NCBI GenBank assembly: GCA_022813965.1
Contig: JALDZS010000146.1
Span: forward strand, 1-62,389
Length of the DNA stretch: 62,389 nucleotides
Direction: 5' to 3'
Source: Toensbergia leucococca
Lineage: Eukaryota
Shown here: positions 1 to 12,500 of the stretch, in pieces
Position numbering within the stretch: position 1 is the first letter of the stretch
Layout of the letters: every line of letters starts with the position of its first letter
Notes under the pieces: generated by a model
What the model was told of the DNA's origin: nothing
What the model saw: the letters and a program-made list of their open reading frames with translations, nothing else
Database searches by the model: none
Program-made: the position numbers and the translations under genes

Positions 1-23
1 ACGCTAGGGCCAGATAAATGGGT

Positions 24-535
24 TTAAGAGCTCCTGGTTGGCGCGTAAGATTTACCGACTCTTAAACATGCAGGGGAGAAATACACCTGTGCCTGGTATT
101 GTATGTCGGCGGAAAAGTAATCGGTAGGGTCGCAAGCATTCAGGAAACGGAATAGCTCCCACGCTCGTCGCTTCAGATGAGAAACTAGGTATAGCTTGAG
201 ATCTTGGCGAACACAAATGCCTGGTGGGTACATTCGTCATTGTTCTCACCACCACAGTCAACCCGGTAATCCTTTTCCGACTCCAAGGAGGCCAACAAGG
301 ATGGCTATGCTGGGGTAAGGGAAAGGGCCAAAGGCTCCTCGTCGACGCTTGAGACTCGAGGAGTAAATACCCGGCTCTTGACAAACCTCTCCATTGCACT
401 CTGAGCATTAGCTGAAGCCAGAAGTGCAATTGAACCAGAGAAGAGGACCACCACGTGGGTACCAACAGGGGTGGTACCAACAGAGGGAGATAGAACACAA
501 TTAAATGAAGGTTGATGTGCAAGCCAGAAGTGCAA
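24..535 (-). pseudogene. Degenerate BTB/POZ-domain-like gene relic
   Basis: Fragments across frames (VGTTPVGTHVVVLFSGS..FVKS..DEEP..LL..DY..HQAFVFAK / YLVSHLKRRAWELF..F..DIQY) follow the order of fungal BTB-protein motifs; interrupted by stops and a frameshift. Confidence 0.35.
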
Positions 536-889
536 GTCGTCGTGTCCAATGTCATCTAGGAACTGGTCGAGATTCTATTTACGATCACTCTCCTAACGAC
601 CGGGTCGCGGAATCCTAAGGAGAAAACACCCAAGGGCAAGACCACACCTGTGTCTAATAGTTTATAGAATCTACCATGATTCTATTCTTATCATTAGTAA
701 CAACTTGGATCCTATTCAGACAGGGATACTAACTGAAAGACACATATCCTTGGCCAATTTCAGAGATCCGTTCCATATACACTTTCACTTCAAAGATAGT
801 CTGACCCTCAGATTTGTGTATAGCGATTACCCAGGCTGGTATCAGGGGTTTTTGCACCCTTACACAAATCATATTGCTGTCTGGCATAC

Positions 890-1260
890 TGCTGTCCCGG
901 GATACAGGTATTCTATGTCGGGGAAAAGGTATTGCTTTGTGTATGCTGGTGAAGAGTGTTGCGAGTATCCAGGAAGAGGAAATGGCTGTCCCAAGAGACA
1001 GGTATTCTATGTCGGGGGAAAGGTATAGGTTTATGTGTGCCTGGTGAAGAGTGTTGCCAGTATCCAGGAAGAGGAAATGGCTATCCCACGATATAGGTGT
1101 TTTATGTCGGCGGGAAGGTACTGCTCTATGCATACCTAGCGGAGAGTACTGCCAGTATCCAGGAAGAGGAAACGGCTTTCCCAAAAGACAGGTATTCTCT
1201 GCTGGGGGAAGGTAGTGCTATATGTTTACCTCGTGGAGAGAGTCGCGAGCATCCAAGAGG
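890..1260. repeat. Tandem array of about four diverged 94-95 bp units
   Basis: TATCCAGGAAGAGG at 966, 1061 and 1156, a variant CATCCAAGAGG at 1250; ACAGGTATTCT-like motif at 904, 998, 1093 and 1188. Confidence 0.9.
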
Positions 1261-1610
1261 ACCAGCGGTATATAGAGCCCATATTTTGGAGTGGACTTGC
1301 GACCATGATCTTGAGATTTGGGACCATTGCCATCCTTCCTATCTTGTACCATGTCGTTGACATCTCCCACGGAAGGTCACCGTCCACTTGCTATCATATG
1401 ATGTCTTGCTCAACAATGGGCTCTGCAATTTCTTCCTCTTAGTTATTCCCATCACGACGAACCTGGTGATTCTTTTCCACATCCAGGAGAATGGCCAGAG
1501 GCGTAAAGAGCCCATATTTTGGAGTGGACTTGCGACGATGATCTTGGGATTTGGCACCATTGCTTTCCAATATCACGTCGTAGACATTTTGCCTATCGAT
1601 GGGTCATGCA
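1250..1610. repeat. Direct duplication, 233 bp spacing
   Basis: GAGCCCATATTTTGGAGTGGACTTGCGAC is identical at 1275 and 1508, with similar flanks. Confidence 0.9.
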
Positions 1611-1759
1611 GGATAGAGCACCCTTTGAAAGTCACCATCGACTTGAATCTGGGAATTTCACCAGCGCCATCGATCTCACTACCATGTGAAGCCTGAGCTG
1701 CACAATATGGTCTACTGCATTTACTGCAGACGCGAATAGATAGTCGATGGGACTATTAG

Positions 1760-3260
1760 ACTCCAATTGCTCAAACCAGCCTCTTTCTGGAAATTGAATT
1801 TGCGTACTTCTTCAAGAGCACTGACAACAGCAACATTGCTAGAGACGTCAAGGCGAGCACCATGAGCCTTGCTCGGGCCATCTCAGAAGCAACGCGTTGC
1901 AGCGATGCAATACCAGGATAGCGCCTTCCACGTCGACAGCTTTCCCAAATCTGAAAGGATGATGGGGATGAGAAAAGGACAGATGTGACGACTGTGGGCC
2001 AATGGACTTGGTAAGCCATCCTAGCTGCATGGGAGCAGACGCATGAAGGCTTTCGAGAGACTAAAGGGACGATAAAGAGGAGGCGATAAAGATCTTGGTA
2101 CCTTGAACTTGGTACTACACCATGGCTACTATGGGAGCAGATGCGTATCGTCGAGAGATCCGAAAGACCTAGTGTTTTGAAAGATGTCCATTTATCTCAA
2201 ACACCTGTTCGCCTGCCAAGTTTCCTCGCAGCCGTCATAGCACGAAATATTTACCAGTGATCAGAACAACCCGAAACATCCTAGTCCTGAGCGTGCGGGG
2301 CCAAACACTTCAAGCATGGCTTGCCACGACGAGTTCCGTAGGGAGCATGGAGGTTCCTCCAAACCTGCCTAGACGTGACAGCGTCACGCTTACCTGCTGG
2401 ATCACTGACGACCAATTCAAGAAGTGGCAGCTATCACTGTCAAAGCCAAGTATATTTCACTCGAGGGTTCAGACTTCTCATCGAGTTCATCTCGAATGGA
2501 AGCAAGATACTGATATGGAGTGAGCGTTTGACTAGAGTGATTAAAGGATTACAATACACGGATTGACTTACGTCATCCTCATCGGTGTTTACTGGGCAAG
2601 AAAGCCGACGTCAAGGCACAAAATCCATCCTAGGATGGGCGATTTGAAAGTCCGCAGATCCTCTCGAGGAGAAGAGAAGAAATGGGCCGATAATCTCCCA
2701 GAACAGGTTTGGCCGGTGTCTAGCAGCCGCCATGTTGGAAGATTCAAGCAATCCTGTGTGAGCATTGCGCAAAGGTACGTTTCAAGAAGTTTGCCTACCG
2801 ATAGCCAATCAGACCCTAACATCCTAGGATGTAGTATTACGAAGGAGTAGGATTTACCTACCTACTTATGCTCACATGGATGATGCCACGATCTTGGGTA
2901 GCCAGTCGCCCAATTAAAGATGAAATTATGCAGGACCTATCGATAACTCTTCGAAGTGGCAAGCTCGGGAGCACAGCGGATTGTACCTGTTCTCTAAAGA
3001 CCACCAAGTTGTCCGTCGCCTTAGAGCTAGGTCTTACCGGGTTTTTGAATGCAGATGCGGGCGATGGCTCCATTTTTTGGACTGGACCAGCATTGATAAG
3101 CCAGAGGACCGTGGTGAGCTTCCAGGGGTAGAAGGTAGATAAGGGTGGTTTGGTGGTTGCTCTCATCTGGATTGGAGACATTAGATGGAAGCAGGTATTC
3201 GGCATAGCCTGGAGACTTACCTTCTCTTGCAGGAGACGCACATGTAAAGCATAGCAACGT
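1760..3260 (+). pseudogene. Unidentified degenerate intron-containing gene
   Basis: Canonical-looking intron 2775-2827 (GTACGT...CCTAAC...TAG) among protein-like frames broken by stops; family not recognised. Confidence 0.3.
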
Positions 3261-4244
3261 TCAAGAAGAAGCTCATTTCCTTATGTTCCCATGACTTTCA
3301 TGACGCCACTCACGCCCCGCCCGAGAAGCTACTGTTACTAAATTCTGTTCGATGATTTGTTGAGATTCTGTCGTTGCCGGGAGGCTTTTTCATCCACATT
3401 CATATATACGTTTTGTCTCTTCTTGTGTATACTTCTGTCCGGGGAAGGGTACCTGTTTTCTGCATCATCTGTCGTGAACGGGTCTCCCGCCCTAGTGAGA
3501 TTTCTGTGCATTGCAATGATTAGGTCGAGACCTGAGCGGCAACTTTTGAAGCTGCTTGTGTACCTTGCATTTTTCCCATATACTCAAGGCCGCAGTGGGG
3601 AGCTTGATTCTCTTCTCTTTCCAAGAATAGTATTTGGCTTTCTCCGAAGATCGATAGCAGTCGGGCCATGTACTCAAGCTAAAGATTCGCAATCAGTCAG
3701 ATAAAGATGCAGATACACTAAACAGCTTCGTATCGATGACGGAAGGGTTGAGGTGTAGGGAACTGACCAAAATAGTATGAAGTGGATGACCTCACCGTCG
3801 TCGATAGGTATGCAAGTATAACCTTAAGTCTTGAAAGGAAGACAGGAATGCATTCATGGTAAGCTGTCTCGAGCACTGAAGAAGACAGCGGAGGTGTAAC
3901 GACCCAGTCCAAAAGATGATGAGCTGAGTCAAACGACATCATAAATACGACCTCATCGTCGTCGATGGGCAAGAGGGGATAAACCATGACTTCAGAAGAT
4001 AGGAGTGCCATGGTATCATGGTAAATCACCCGGTGCATCGACCAGGAGATGGTAAAAGACTGTGCCACAAGTCGTGGTGCATGCGGAGAATGACCTCACC
4101 GTCGCCAAGAAGCAGTCAGATATCAAAGAGGAGGATAGGTAGTAAGACATAAATAAAGTCTCTCCTACTGACACAGTAACTTCGTGTTAGGAGCGTGCTG
4201 AGGCTACAACAATCGAGCTACCCACAACAAAATCAGACCCCTAT

Positions 4245-4883
4245 GTGCGAGGATGTGCCTTGCTGCGCTGGGTTAGGGCCTCGGCGACGACTAAGCTGTC
4301 CCACAACATGCAAATTCCAAATTCCCACCCTCAGAAACCGAATCACCTCAAGTACCCTCACCACCACAACCACCACTATCATCATCACAACCGCCACAGC
4401 CACCACCACCATCCCCATTTTCGCCCAAGCACCACCACCGCCCCACACCACATACTCGCTCCCCTCCCCCAAATCCCAATACCTCCAATCCGCCGCACTT
4501 TCCACCCCTCGACAAACTCCCAAGCCCTCGACGCCACCTTCATCACCAATAACCTCCTTGATGCAATGCTCCTCCACTATCACTCCCAAATCGCCGAGAT
4601 CCGGGCTCAAAACAATGGCCACTTCATCACCATCGCCGACGACATCGCCCACTAAGGCCTGCTAGTGCTACTGGGGCCGTGGACGTGGGAAGTAATGCTC
4701 TGGGTACGAGCGGTGGAAAGACGAACCGCACGCTTGACGCGATTCTATCAACACGTGCAGCGTGTGACGGCCAACGGACAGATGAGGGTGAGCGTTCTGC
4801 TTTCTGTGCTTTTTTCTCCCCATGGGGGTGAGGCAAAGGGGCTAATTGGTAGTGCCGGTTCAAGAGATTGTGGCACCTGGTAG
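4245..4883 (+). pseudogene. His-rich hypothetical gene, possibly disrupted by one stop
   Basis: ORF 4245-4655 continues in frame past TAA (4653) to an intron-like segment 4788-4852 (GTGAGC...GCTAAT...TAG). Confidence 0.3.
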
Positions 4884-5996
4884 CGGCTGGGAGGCGGAGG
4901 GAGGAGTGTGTGCGGATGATGAATAGCATCTGACTATAATTTTTGTCCTTTCACGAAATCCTGTTCCATTTGTGTTCTCTTCGACCAAGTCTATTCAACG
5001 TGTCAGGCTTCAGCTTTTCATACACGTTACAAACAGATTCACGGTATAGCCACCGGGCTTGTCTAGCACCAGTATCCATAACGGGCTCTCCAATCACCTC
5101 ACCCCCTCATCATGTGGATCCGTCTATGCCGTCGCCATCACGAGCACAATAGCCCCTTTTAAAGTACCCCGAGGTTTTCCAAGAAGCTACAGTATGACAA
5201 GAATGGAACAACTCCAGCCCGCTTCCACAAATCGCATCGTATTGTACATACGTCCGCTACCATCCCTCTCTGCCGAAACCCCAAATTAACTCTGTGCGCA
5301 GACCTGTCAGCGTCGAGAGCATCCATGAGGACACAATTCAAAATGACGGACGTCCGAACCCGGGAAAAAGTCCGGATCATTTTTTCTCCTTTTCCTTTTC
5401 TCGTGTGTGATATATGGTTATTGATATTTCGAGCTGGGGTTGATATCGCTCCTCCCTCCTCAAACTCCCAGGCCCACCATCTCCATACCCACCTCACATT
5501 CCCACAACAAAACCCCCCCGGAGCAAAATCATCACCCCCTGTCTCCATCGTGCCCTAGATTGTGCAGGTCAGGAATATTTGCTCCAGTGACCAGTCATAG
5601 GTCATGGGAGGAGATAAAAGCCATGGGCTATCTTTACTTTGGGCAAAGGTGGGGGAAAAGGGGGGCGATTGGGAGACAGAATGTTTGGAAGAAGGGGGTT
5701 AGGCAATCAGCTTGTGCTCTATTGTGTTCAGGGGTCTGGAGGAGGATTTACTGAGAGGTTGATAGGGTCGAAGCCCTCGATTTATCAACGAGCTATATAT
5801 GTAATTCAGGCAAGGGGACGTGGTTTTGACGGTATCAAGCTCAGGACAAGAGCTGAGCCCTGCCACAGATGAGGAAAAAACACTGCCCTAGGGAAAAATC
5901 ACAATATGGCGCCAGGATGGTCATTTTAAACAGTGGCATAGGCGAAGTATCGAGGAGTGGATAGATCTGGTCTCAAAGCCAAAAAATAAAAACTAG

Positions 5997-7994
5997 CTAT
6001 GATGCTTTCGCACCCGGACTCGGTGCTTTTCTTACATACACCTCATTCACCAAATCCCCGTGCCCCCTCAACACCTCCCACTCCCCAATACCATCCTTCT
6101 TCGGCGCCTTCCTCACCCCTCTCCCTCCACCCCCTATAATCAGGTTCCCCGGCCGGTAATTCTCATTAGCTTTCATGCGTCTGATGGCGGAGTTGTGAAT
6201 ACATGCATCTTCCGGCATGTCTCGCACTTCGCCTTTCGGCAATGGCCATGAGATGGACTTCCATTCTCCAGAGACTTGCAAGTCCATCCTTCGAAAGGGT
6301 AAATACTCCATCATTCGCCAGGAAATGACAGACATCCTAGGAGAACCATTGTTAAACTCAAGGCAGTCGTGAAGGCGGCCATGAGTGGCTCCAGATTGTA
6401 GGATTTGGAAAAAGGGAGACTGTGGCGCAGATTCTGATTGGGTGTTAGGATGGCCATTCTTATTGGAATCGGTAATTTGGATTGCTGGGACTTTCGGATC
6501 ACTAGCAGCTTGTGTTGACGTTGGATTTGTTGGCGAAATGTCGTGATTATTGTTATAACAATTCAATTTCTGCATCTGTTCCTGGTCCCATTCAAGTCCT
6601 GCTTTCTGAGCTTCTTGTACGATCCAGATTAGAGGTCCGTGGCTCAAAGCAGTCTCACCCTTTGGCAATGGCCAGCCACCACCTATATCAGCATGGCAAC
6701 CGGGGAACCAGACTTCTTCAATATCTTGCAAAGCTGCTTCATCTAATTCGTCGTCATCCTCAGGAAGTCGGGGCGCAGATTGCTGAGAATGCTGAGAGCT
6801 AGCGCTGTGGATGGAACCATGATCTTGATTTGGAATTCCGTTGGACCCGAGTGCCAGCTCACCGGAAGGTCTCACACGGCGCAATCTTCTAAATCTGTCA
6901 GGGGTTTTCCGCCTGGGAGCGTTGCCGTTGGTCACACTAGGTACACCAAGATGGTCTTCTGTTTTGGCTGGTTTTTCGGACTCGGCGATATGCAAAAGAT
7001 CATGATGGCTCTGTGGGGCACGACGGCTGTTATCGGCGATCAAGTCTGACCGGAACTTTGCTCGTCGCTCGTCAATACTCACGGCATGACGAATGATCTT
7101 TGCAGTACTCCTAGCGGTGTAAGGGAATTTACTTCTTTGCATCCATGCATTTTCGAATCTTGGGACACTATTCACTAGCTGACTGTGAGCAAGTTGATGT
7201 TGATGCAATCAGAATCTGGACTAACCTGTATCAAAAAGGCCCAAGAAACGAATCCGCCGTACTGGACGACTAAAAGTCTCCCGAAAGTTTCGCAAGAAGT
7301 TCAGCATCTTTTCTTTCTTCTCTGCTTCCTCGGCCGTACCGTCGCGTCTGATTTGCCATTGACTGAAGGCCTTCCAAGCAAATCTCGCCATCTCTTCATT
7401 ACCGGCGCTAAGTAAGCCGACATGATCAAGCATTTCAGCTAGAAAGCGGGCTACATAGGAGCCTCGACTAAATCCAAAGAAGTATATATCGTCACCAGGA
7501 TTATAGGACCTCATTAGGAACTTGTAACCTCCCATGACATGCTCGTCAAATGAGGTACCTATGGCCGAGTCCTTCGCTTTTTGGTACCAAGAATTGATAC
7601 GAGCAGGTATCGTTGTATGCGACAGAGACGATCTATGAATATAATCAGCTGTTTCTCGCTTCAAGTACTTGGCCAAAGTGGAGTTTCACGTTGTTACGTA
7701 GGTTCCTATGCCCGGCTTGTACTATTGAGCTTCATTGAAAGATACAAGAGGTATATGATTGTACCTGATAATAATGAGCATCCCCATTGGAAAGATCCAG
7801 CATCCGGTAGATCTTGAGTATGTTGCTGTCAGCGCTGGTACCTAGGCGAATGATTTCAATGTTGATCCCGAGTAAGAATTAGATTTCTGAGCACATATAC
7901 CTGAGAATTTATTGCCCGTACCATCAAAGCAGAGAATAATCTTTTTGCGGGATAGAGACTGCCCATAAGACTGAAGTATAGGGATGTTCTCCAT
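5997..7994 (-). CDS. DUF2235 (T6SS Tle1-like) alpha/beta hydrolase, YEL023C-like; multi-exon
   Basis: Spliced exons give IILCFDGTGN, SNILKIY, YYQPGIGT, FFGFSRGSY (GxSxG), FLGLFDTV, RHAVSIDERR and EVWFPGCHADIGGG. Confidence 0.9.
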
Positions 7995-8587
7995 GCTTGC
8001 TAATGCTTCACCTTGAGAATGCTACTGTCGGTTCTTTTCAAGACAAAGCTGCCAAGGGTGTGTTGTTAAGGAAGGATGAGCATTATCCTCTCAGGACAAT
8101 CACATATTGTAAACTCCGATGGCGGAGCGTTCAGCGTCTGACAGGGTGCTTTGAAACCACACGCTGGCCAGTGCCCAGAACAGATAGGATTAACATAAGA
8201 TGTTAAAGAAAGAAAGAAAGCTAAGGCAAGCAGACGGGGAAAGCGACTACAAGCGGGATCCATAGCCGCTTGACACAGCACAAGTTCATGCAAGCCCGAA
8301 CATCTGATCTCTGATATGTAGAGAGGATGTCATGGCCGACCAATCCTTTTCGACAGAGGCACAATTGAAGAAGCTCAGGAATCAGCTGATGAAGCAAGGA
8401 ATAGACGGTGCGACGCCAGATGTCTGCAGAAGGCCTCAATTGGAGTGTTGAGCAGATCGGTGTCAATCCTTGCATGAATGGATTGAAGGCATGGACGAAT
8501 CTAGACCTCGCTGTAGACCAACAAACTAAGCAGGATCCGGACAGCATGTGCAGGTCAAAGCTACGCTGCAGCAAAATGCACAAATGA

Positions 8588-9335
8588 CCAATGCTCAATT
8601 CAGTAGTGGTTCATGAAGGCTTTGGGCTTGTAGCCGTGGCGGTCCTGATGCAGCTGAGGTGGTCACTAAACCAAATGACGTGAAGTTTGATTGGTGCTCG
8701 CTTCTCGCTTCTCAACCCCTGGAGGAGATTGGCGAACGAAAAATGTCGGGCCAGATTTATTCTAGAGTGGTGAGATTAGCAATTAGGAAGTAGAATAGGC
8801 ATAGCCAAGGGAAATCCCATCAGCCAATAGGATGGACACAAGGATCTAGCATTTACTATTCTAAGGTAATAAGGTCCCGAGCTTCCATACCTAGTCGATT
8901 GGTGATTCAGGCTTCGTCCCTCATACTGGGCGTAGCTACACTAAATACTAACACCAGGACCCCTCATTGATCATCTACCTCAGGTAAGTATCAGGTATCA
9001 CCCCATGAGGCTATTCTACCAGGCCAATGCTTGTACCTCCAGCTCACAACATTGACTGACTCCAAGCCCATTCAAATTTCAAGAATTGCTCTCTAGAAGA
9101 GGAAGACTAGGCATTCTTCACCGCAACCTTACTCTCTGCCTTGGCCATTCCAATCCCTGCTATCGTCTGTTCATCATACAGATCAAGGTGGCGTGGCCAT
9201 GGTACCAATGCAAGATGGCCCTAATGCTAACAAGCGCCACGACTGCTTCTGTTGATGTCACTTGGCTTGTTGTGTGACTATCAGCGCCTCTGCACTGGAG
9301 TGAGACTGTGGGAGATCCCCGCCTGTTACGGAGTA
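8588..9335. promoter_or_regulatory. Shared divergent promoter region with clustered CCAAT boxes
   Basis: CCAAT/ATTGG at 8588, 8690, 8728, 8824, 8898, 9024 and 9205; CRE-like TGACGT at ~8676; TACGGAGTA at 9327. Confidence 0.4.
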
Positions 9336-9587
9336 CCTGCACAACCCATGTCTCGTGTCGATCGTCAAGATGGCTTTCTTATGCATATCCACTTATGTTA
9401 ATCCCGCTCTTCCCATTGGAAGCCGACCTCAGTCTGGTCTCTTCCATGTCAAGCCCGACTGAACCAATCAGCAATCTCCCTGATATACATCTTGCAGCCC
9501 CTCCTGCATCTCTTTCTTCTCACCATCGTACAAACCTTCTGTTTCATCAATCGTTCAACCTGCCATTGCTGTTCAGAATCTTCCATC

Positions 9588-12500
9588 ATGTTGCGCAGGA
9601 TTTCCGCGTCCTTTAATAGGAAGGCGAAGAAAGACGAGGGCCACACTAACGGCTTTACTCCTACCCAGAAACCTCAAGCACAGCACCAAGCTAGCTCTTC
9701 GGCCGCTCACAAGCAAGAGAAAGAGTCCGAGGACCATTCTGCAAGCAGGAAGGCCGTTGAAAGCTCTTTTGACCAATTCGCTCAGCTAATCCATACATCC
9801 CGAAGACCACTACCAACCCAAACGGGCGATGGATCTTACATTGATCATGAAGTCCCATCCAGTCTTTTCCAGGATCTCAAGAGTCTCGGCTTCAAGGATG
9901 TCAATACCTTGATTCAAGTCATCAAAACCAAAGCAGGTGGTGGCCTGCAGGATGACAGTACCTACCTAATGGAACATGTTATACAGGTGAGCATAGCCAT
10001 ACCAAAGGCGCCTGTCTCGTCGCTGATATGACTTCGCAGCTAGTCAGTGCCCTTCCCCAGCAGTCAAAAGCTCGAGCAGACTTGACGGACTCGTTCATTG
10101 GCGAGCTATGGAACTCACTCCAGCATCCGCCTCTTTCATACCTTGGGGATAAATTCGCTTACCGGCAAGCTGACGGGTCAAATAACAACATAATGTACCC
10201 TCACCTCGGAGCTGCGAATACCCCGTACGCCCGTTCGGTGCATCCAGATACCCTGTCTCCAGGCGCCTTGCCAGACCCTGCCCTCATTTTCGATAGCATT
10301 TTAGCTAGGAAGAAATTCATACCTCATCCGAACAACGTTTCAAGTGTATTCTTCTACTGGGCAACTTTGATCATCCATGGTTGGTCTTTCAAACCTTGAA
10401 AACATTCAGCAATTTCTCCCTAATATAATCCACTTGCAGATCTCTTTCAAACAGACCATCGAGATTTCACATTGTCTCAAACCTCATCATACCTCGATCT
10501 ATCCATTCTGTACGGCGACGTTCAGGAAGACCAGGATCAGATTCGAACATTCAAGGACGGCATGCTCAAGCCTGATTGCTTCTCCGAACCGAGAATATTA
10601 GGCTTCCCCCCTGGTGTTGGTGTTTTGCTTATCATGATGAACCGGTAAGCCAGTGTGAGACTGCTAGACGGAGTATCAGGATACTTATTTTTGTGAAGAT
10701 TCCACAACTATGTTGCAGAACAGCTTGCAGTGGTCAATGAGCATGGACGCTTCACTAAACCCAACGAGGGTCTGACTCATGAAATGGCAGAAAAGTCATG
10801 GGCAAAGTACGACAATGACCTTTTCCAAACTGCGAGGCTCATCACGTGTGGTCTATACATAAACATTACCCTGATGGACTATCTGAGAACCATTGTAAAT
10901 CTCAACCGAAGTAATACTACATGGACACTGGATCCGCGTGCAAAAATGGGCAAAGTATTTGGGCAAGATGGCACGCCAAGCGGAATTGGCAATCAAGTAT
11001 CTGCAGAATTTAATCTAGCGTATCGTTGGCATTCTTGTATCAGCGATAAAGATGACAAATGGACACAGGTAAGCTCCGATTCGCAACGACTACTATGAAA
11101 TACTCTATTAAATCTAAGAAAGGAACTGTATCGAGAGCTCTTTGGAAAGGACGCTCACGAAGTTTCTCTACCCGAACTGCTAAAAGGTTTGTCTATGTGG
11201 GAGCGTAATATGGATAAAGACCCTCATAAACGGCCTTTTGCTAAGCTCGAGAGGGGTTCTGATGGTAAATTCAGCGATGATGACCTAGTCAAGATCCTCA
11301 TGGAGGCCGTCGAAGACCCTGCTGGATCTTTTGGAGCAAACAATGTTCCTGTTGCCCTGAAGTCAGTCGAAATTCTTGGAATGCAGCAAGCAAGAAAGTG
11401 GAATCTCGGCTCCCTCAACGAGTTTCGAAAGTTCTTTGGATTGAAGCCGCATGAAACATTCGAATCGATTAACTCGGACCCTGTTGTGGCTGACCAATTG
11501 AAACATCTCTACGAACATCCTGACTATGTAGAGATGTATCCTGGTATGGTTGCCGAGGAGGCCAAGGTTCCAATGGTCCCAGGCGTTGGAATAGCTCCCA
11601 CGTTCACCATCTCAAGAGCTATTTTGTCAGATGCCGTGGCACTTGTGCGAGGTGACAGGTTCTACACGGTGAGTACCTCTGAACGCCTAAGGTATCTTCT
11701 ATGACTGACATTCATAAAGATTGACTACAACCCCAAAAATCTGACCAGCTGGGGCTACAGCGAAGTCCAATATGATCTGAATGTGAACCAGGGCTGTGTT
11801 TTCTACAAATTATGTCTTCGGTCATTTCCCGACCATTTCAAGCCAAATTCTATTTATGCGCACTATCCTATGACGATTCCGTCAGAAAATAAGAAGATCC
11901 TACAGGACCTTGGACGTGAGGAGCAATACTCGTGGGATCGGCCAGCATTGATCCCACCTCGGGTCAATCTTACTTCTTATGTCGGTGCCAAATTCATATT
12001 GGAGCGTCCGAAGGAATTCATAGTGACATGGGGAGAAGCTACCAGTTTCCTGATGGGCAAGGGTGGCTCGGACTTTATGCTTTCTGGCGATTCCGCTTTC
12101 CATACCAAGCAAAGGCAGCTAATGGGGAAAGCACTATACCGAAGCAATTGGCACCAAGAAGTCAAGGACTTTTACGAGTCTACGACGATTAAGCTGCTGC
12201 GAGAAAAGTCTTGCAAGATTGCTGGGATTAATCAGATTGATATTACAAGGGAGTAAGTACAATTTTCAGTCACTCAATGATAGTGTTTCTTATGATAAAT
12301 CTTGTAATAGCGTAGGGAACCTCGCCCACGTCCATTTCGCTGCAAACGTCTTTTCTCTCCCACTGAAGTCAGAAGAGCATCCTCATGGCATTTACTCTGA
12401 GCAAGAACTGTACATGGTACTCGCTGTCATTTTCACTTGCATATTCTTTGACCTGGATCCTGCGAAATCATTTCCATTACGACTTGCTGCAAAGGCCGTC

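Noticed and set aside
890..1260. CRISPR-like array
   Set aside because: The units are similar along their whole length with no unique spacers, there are no cas genes, and the context is eukaryotic.
1..5500. Intact transposon or retroelement
   Set aside because: No recognisable RT, integrase or transposase motifs, LTRs or TIRs.
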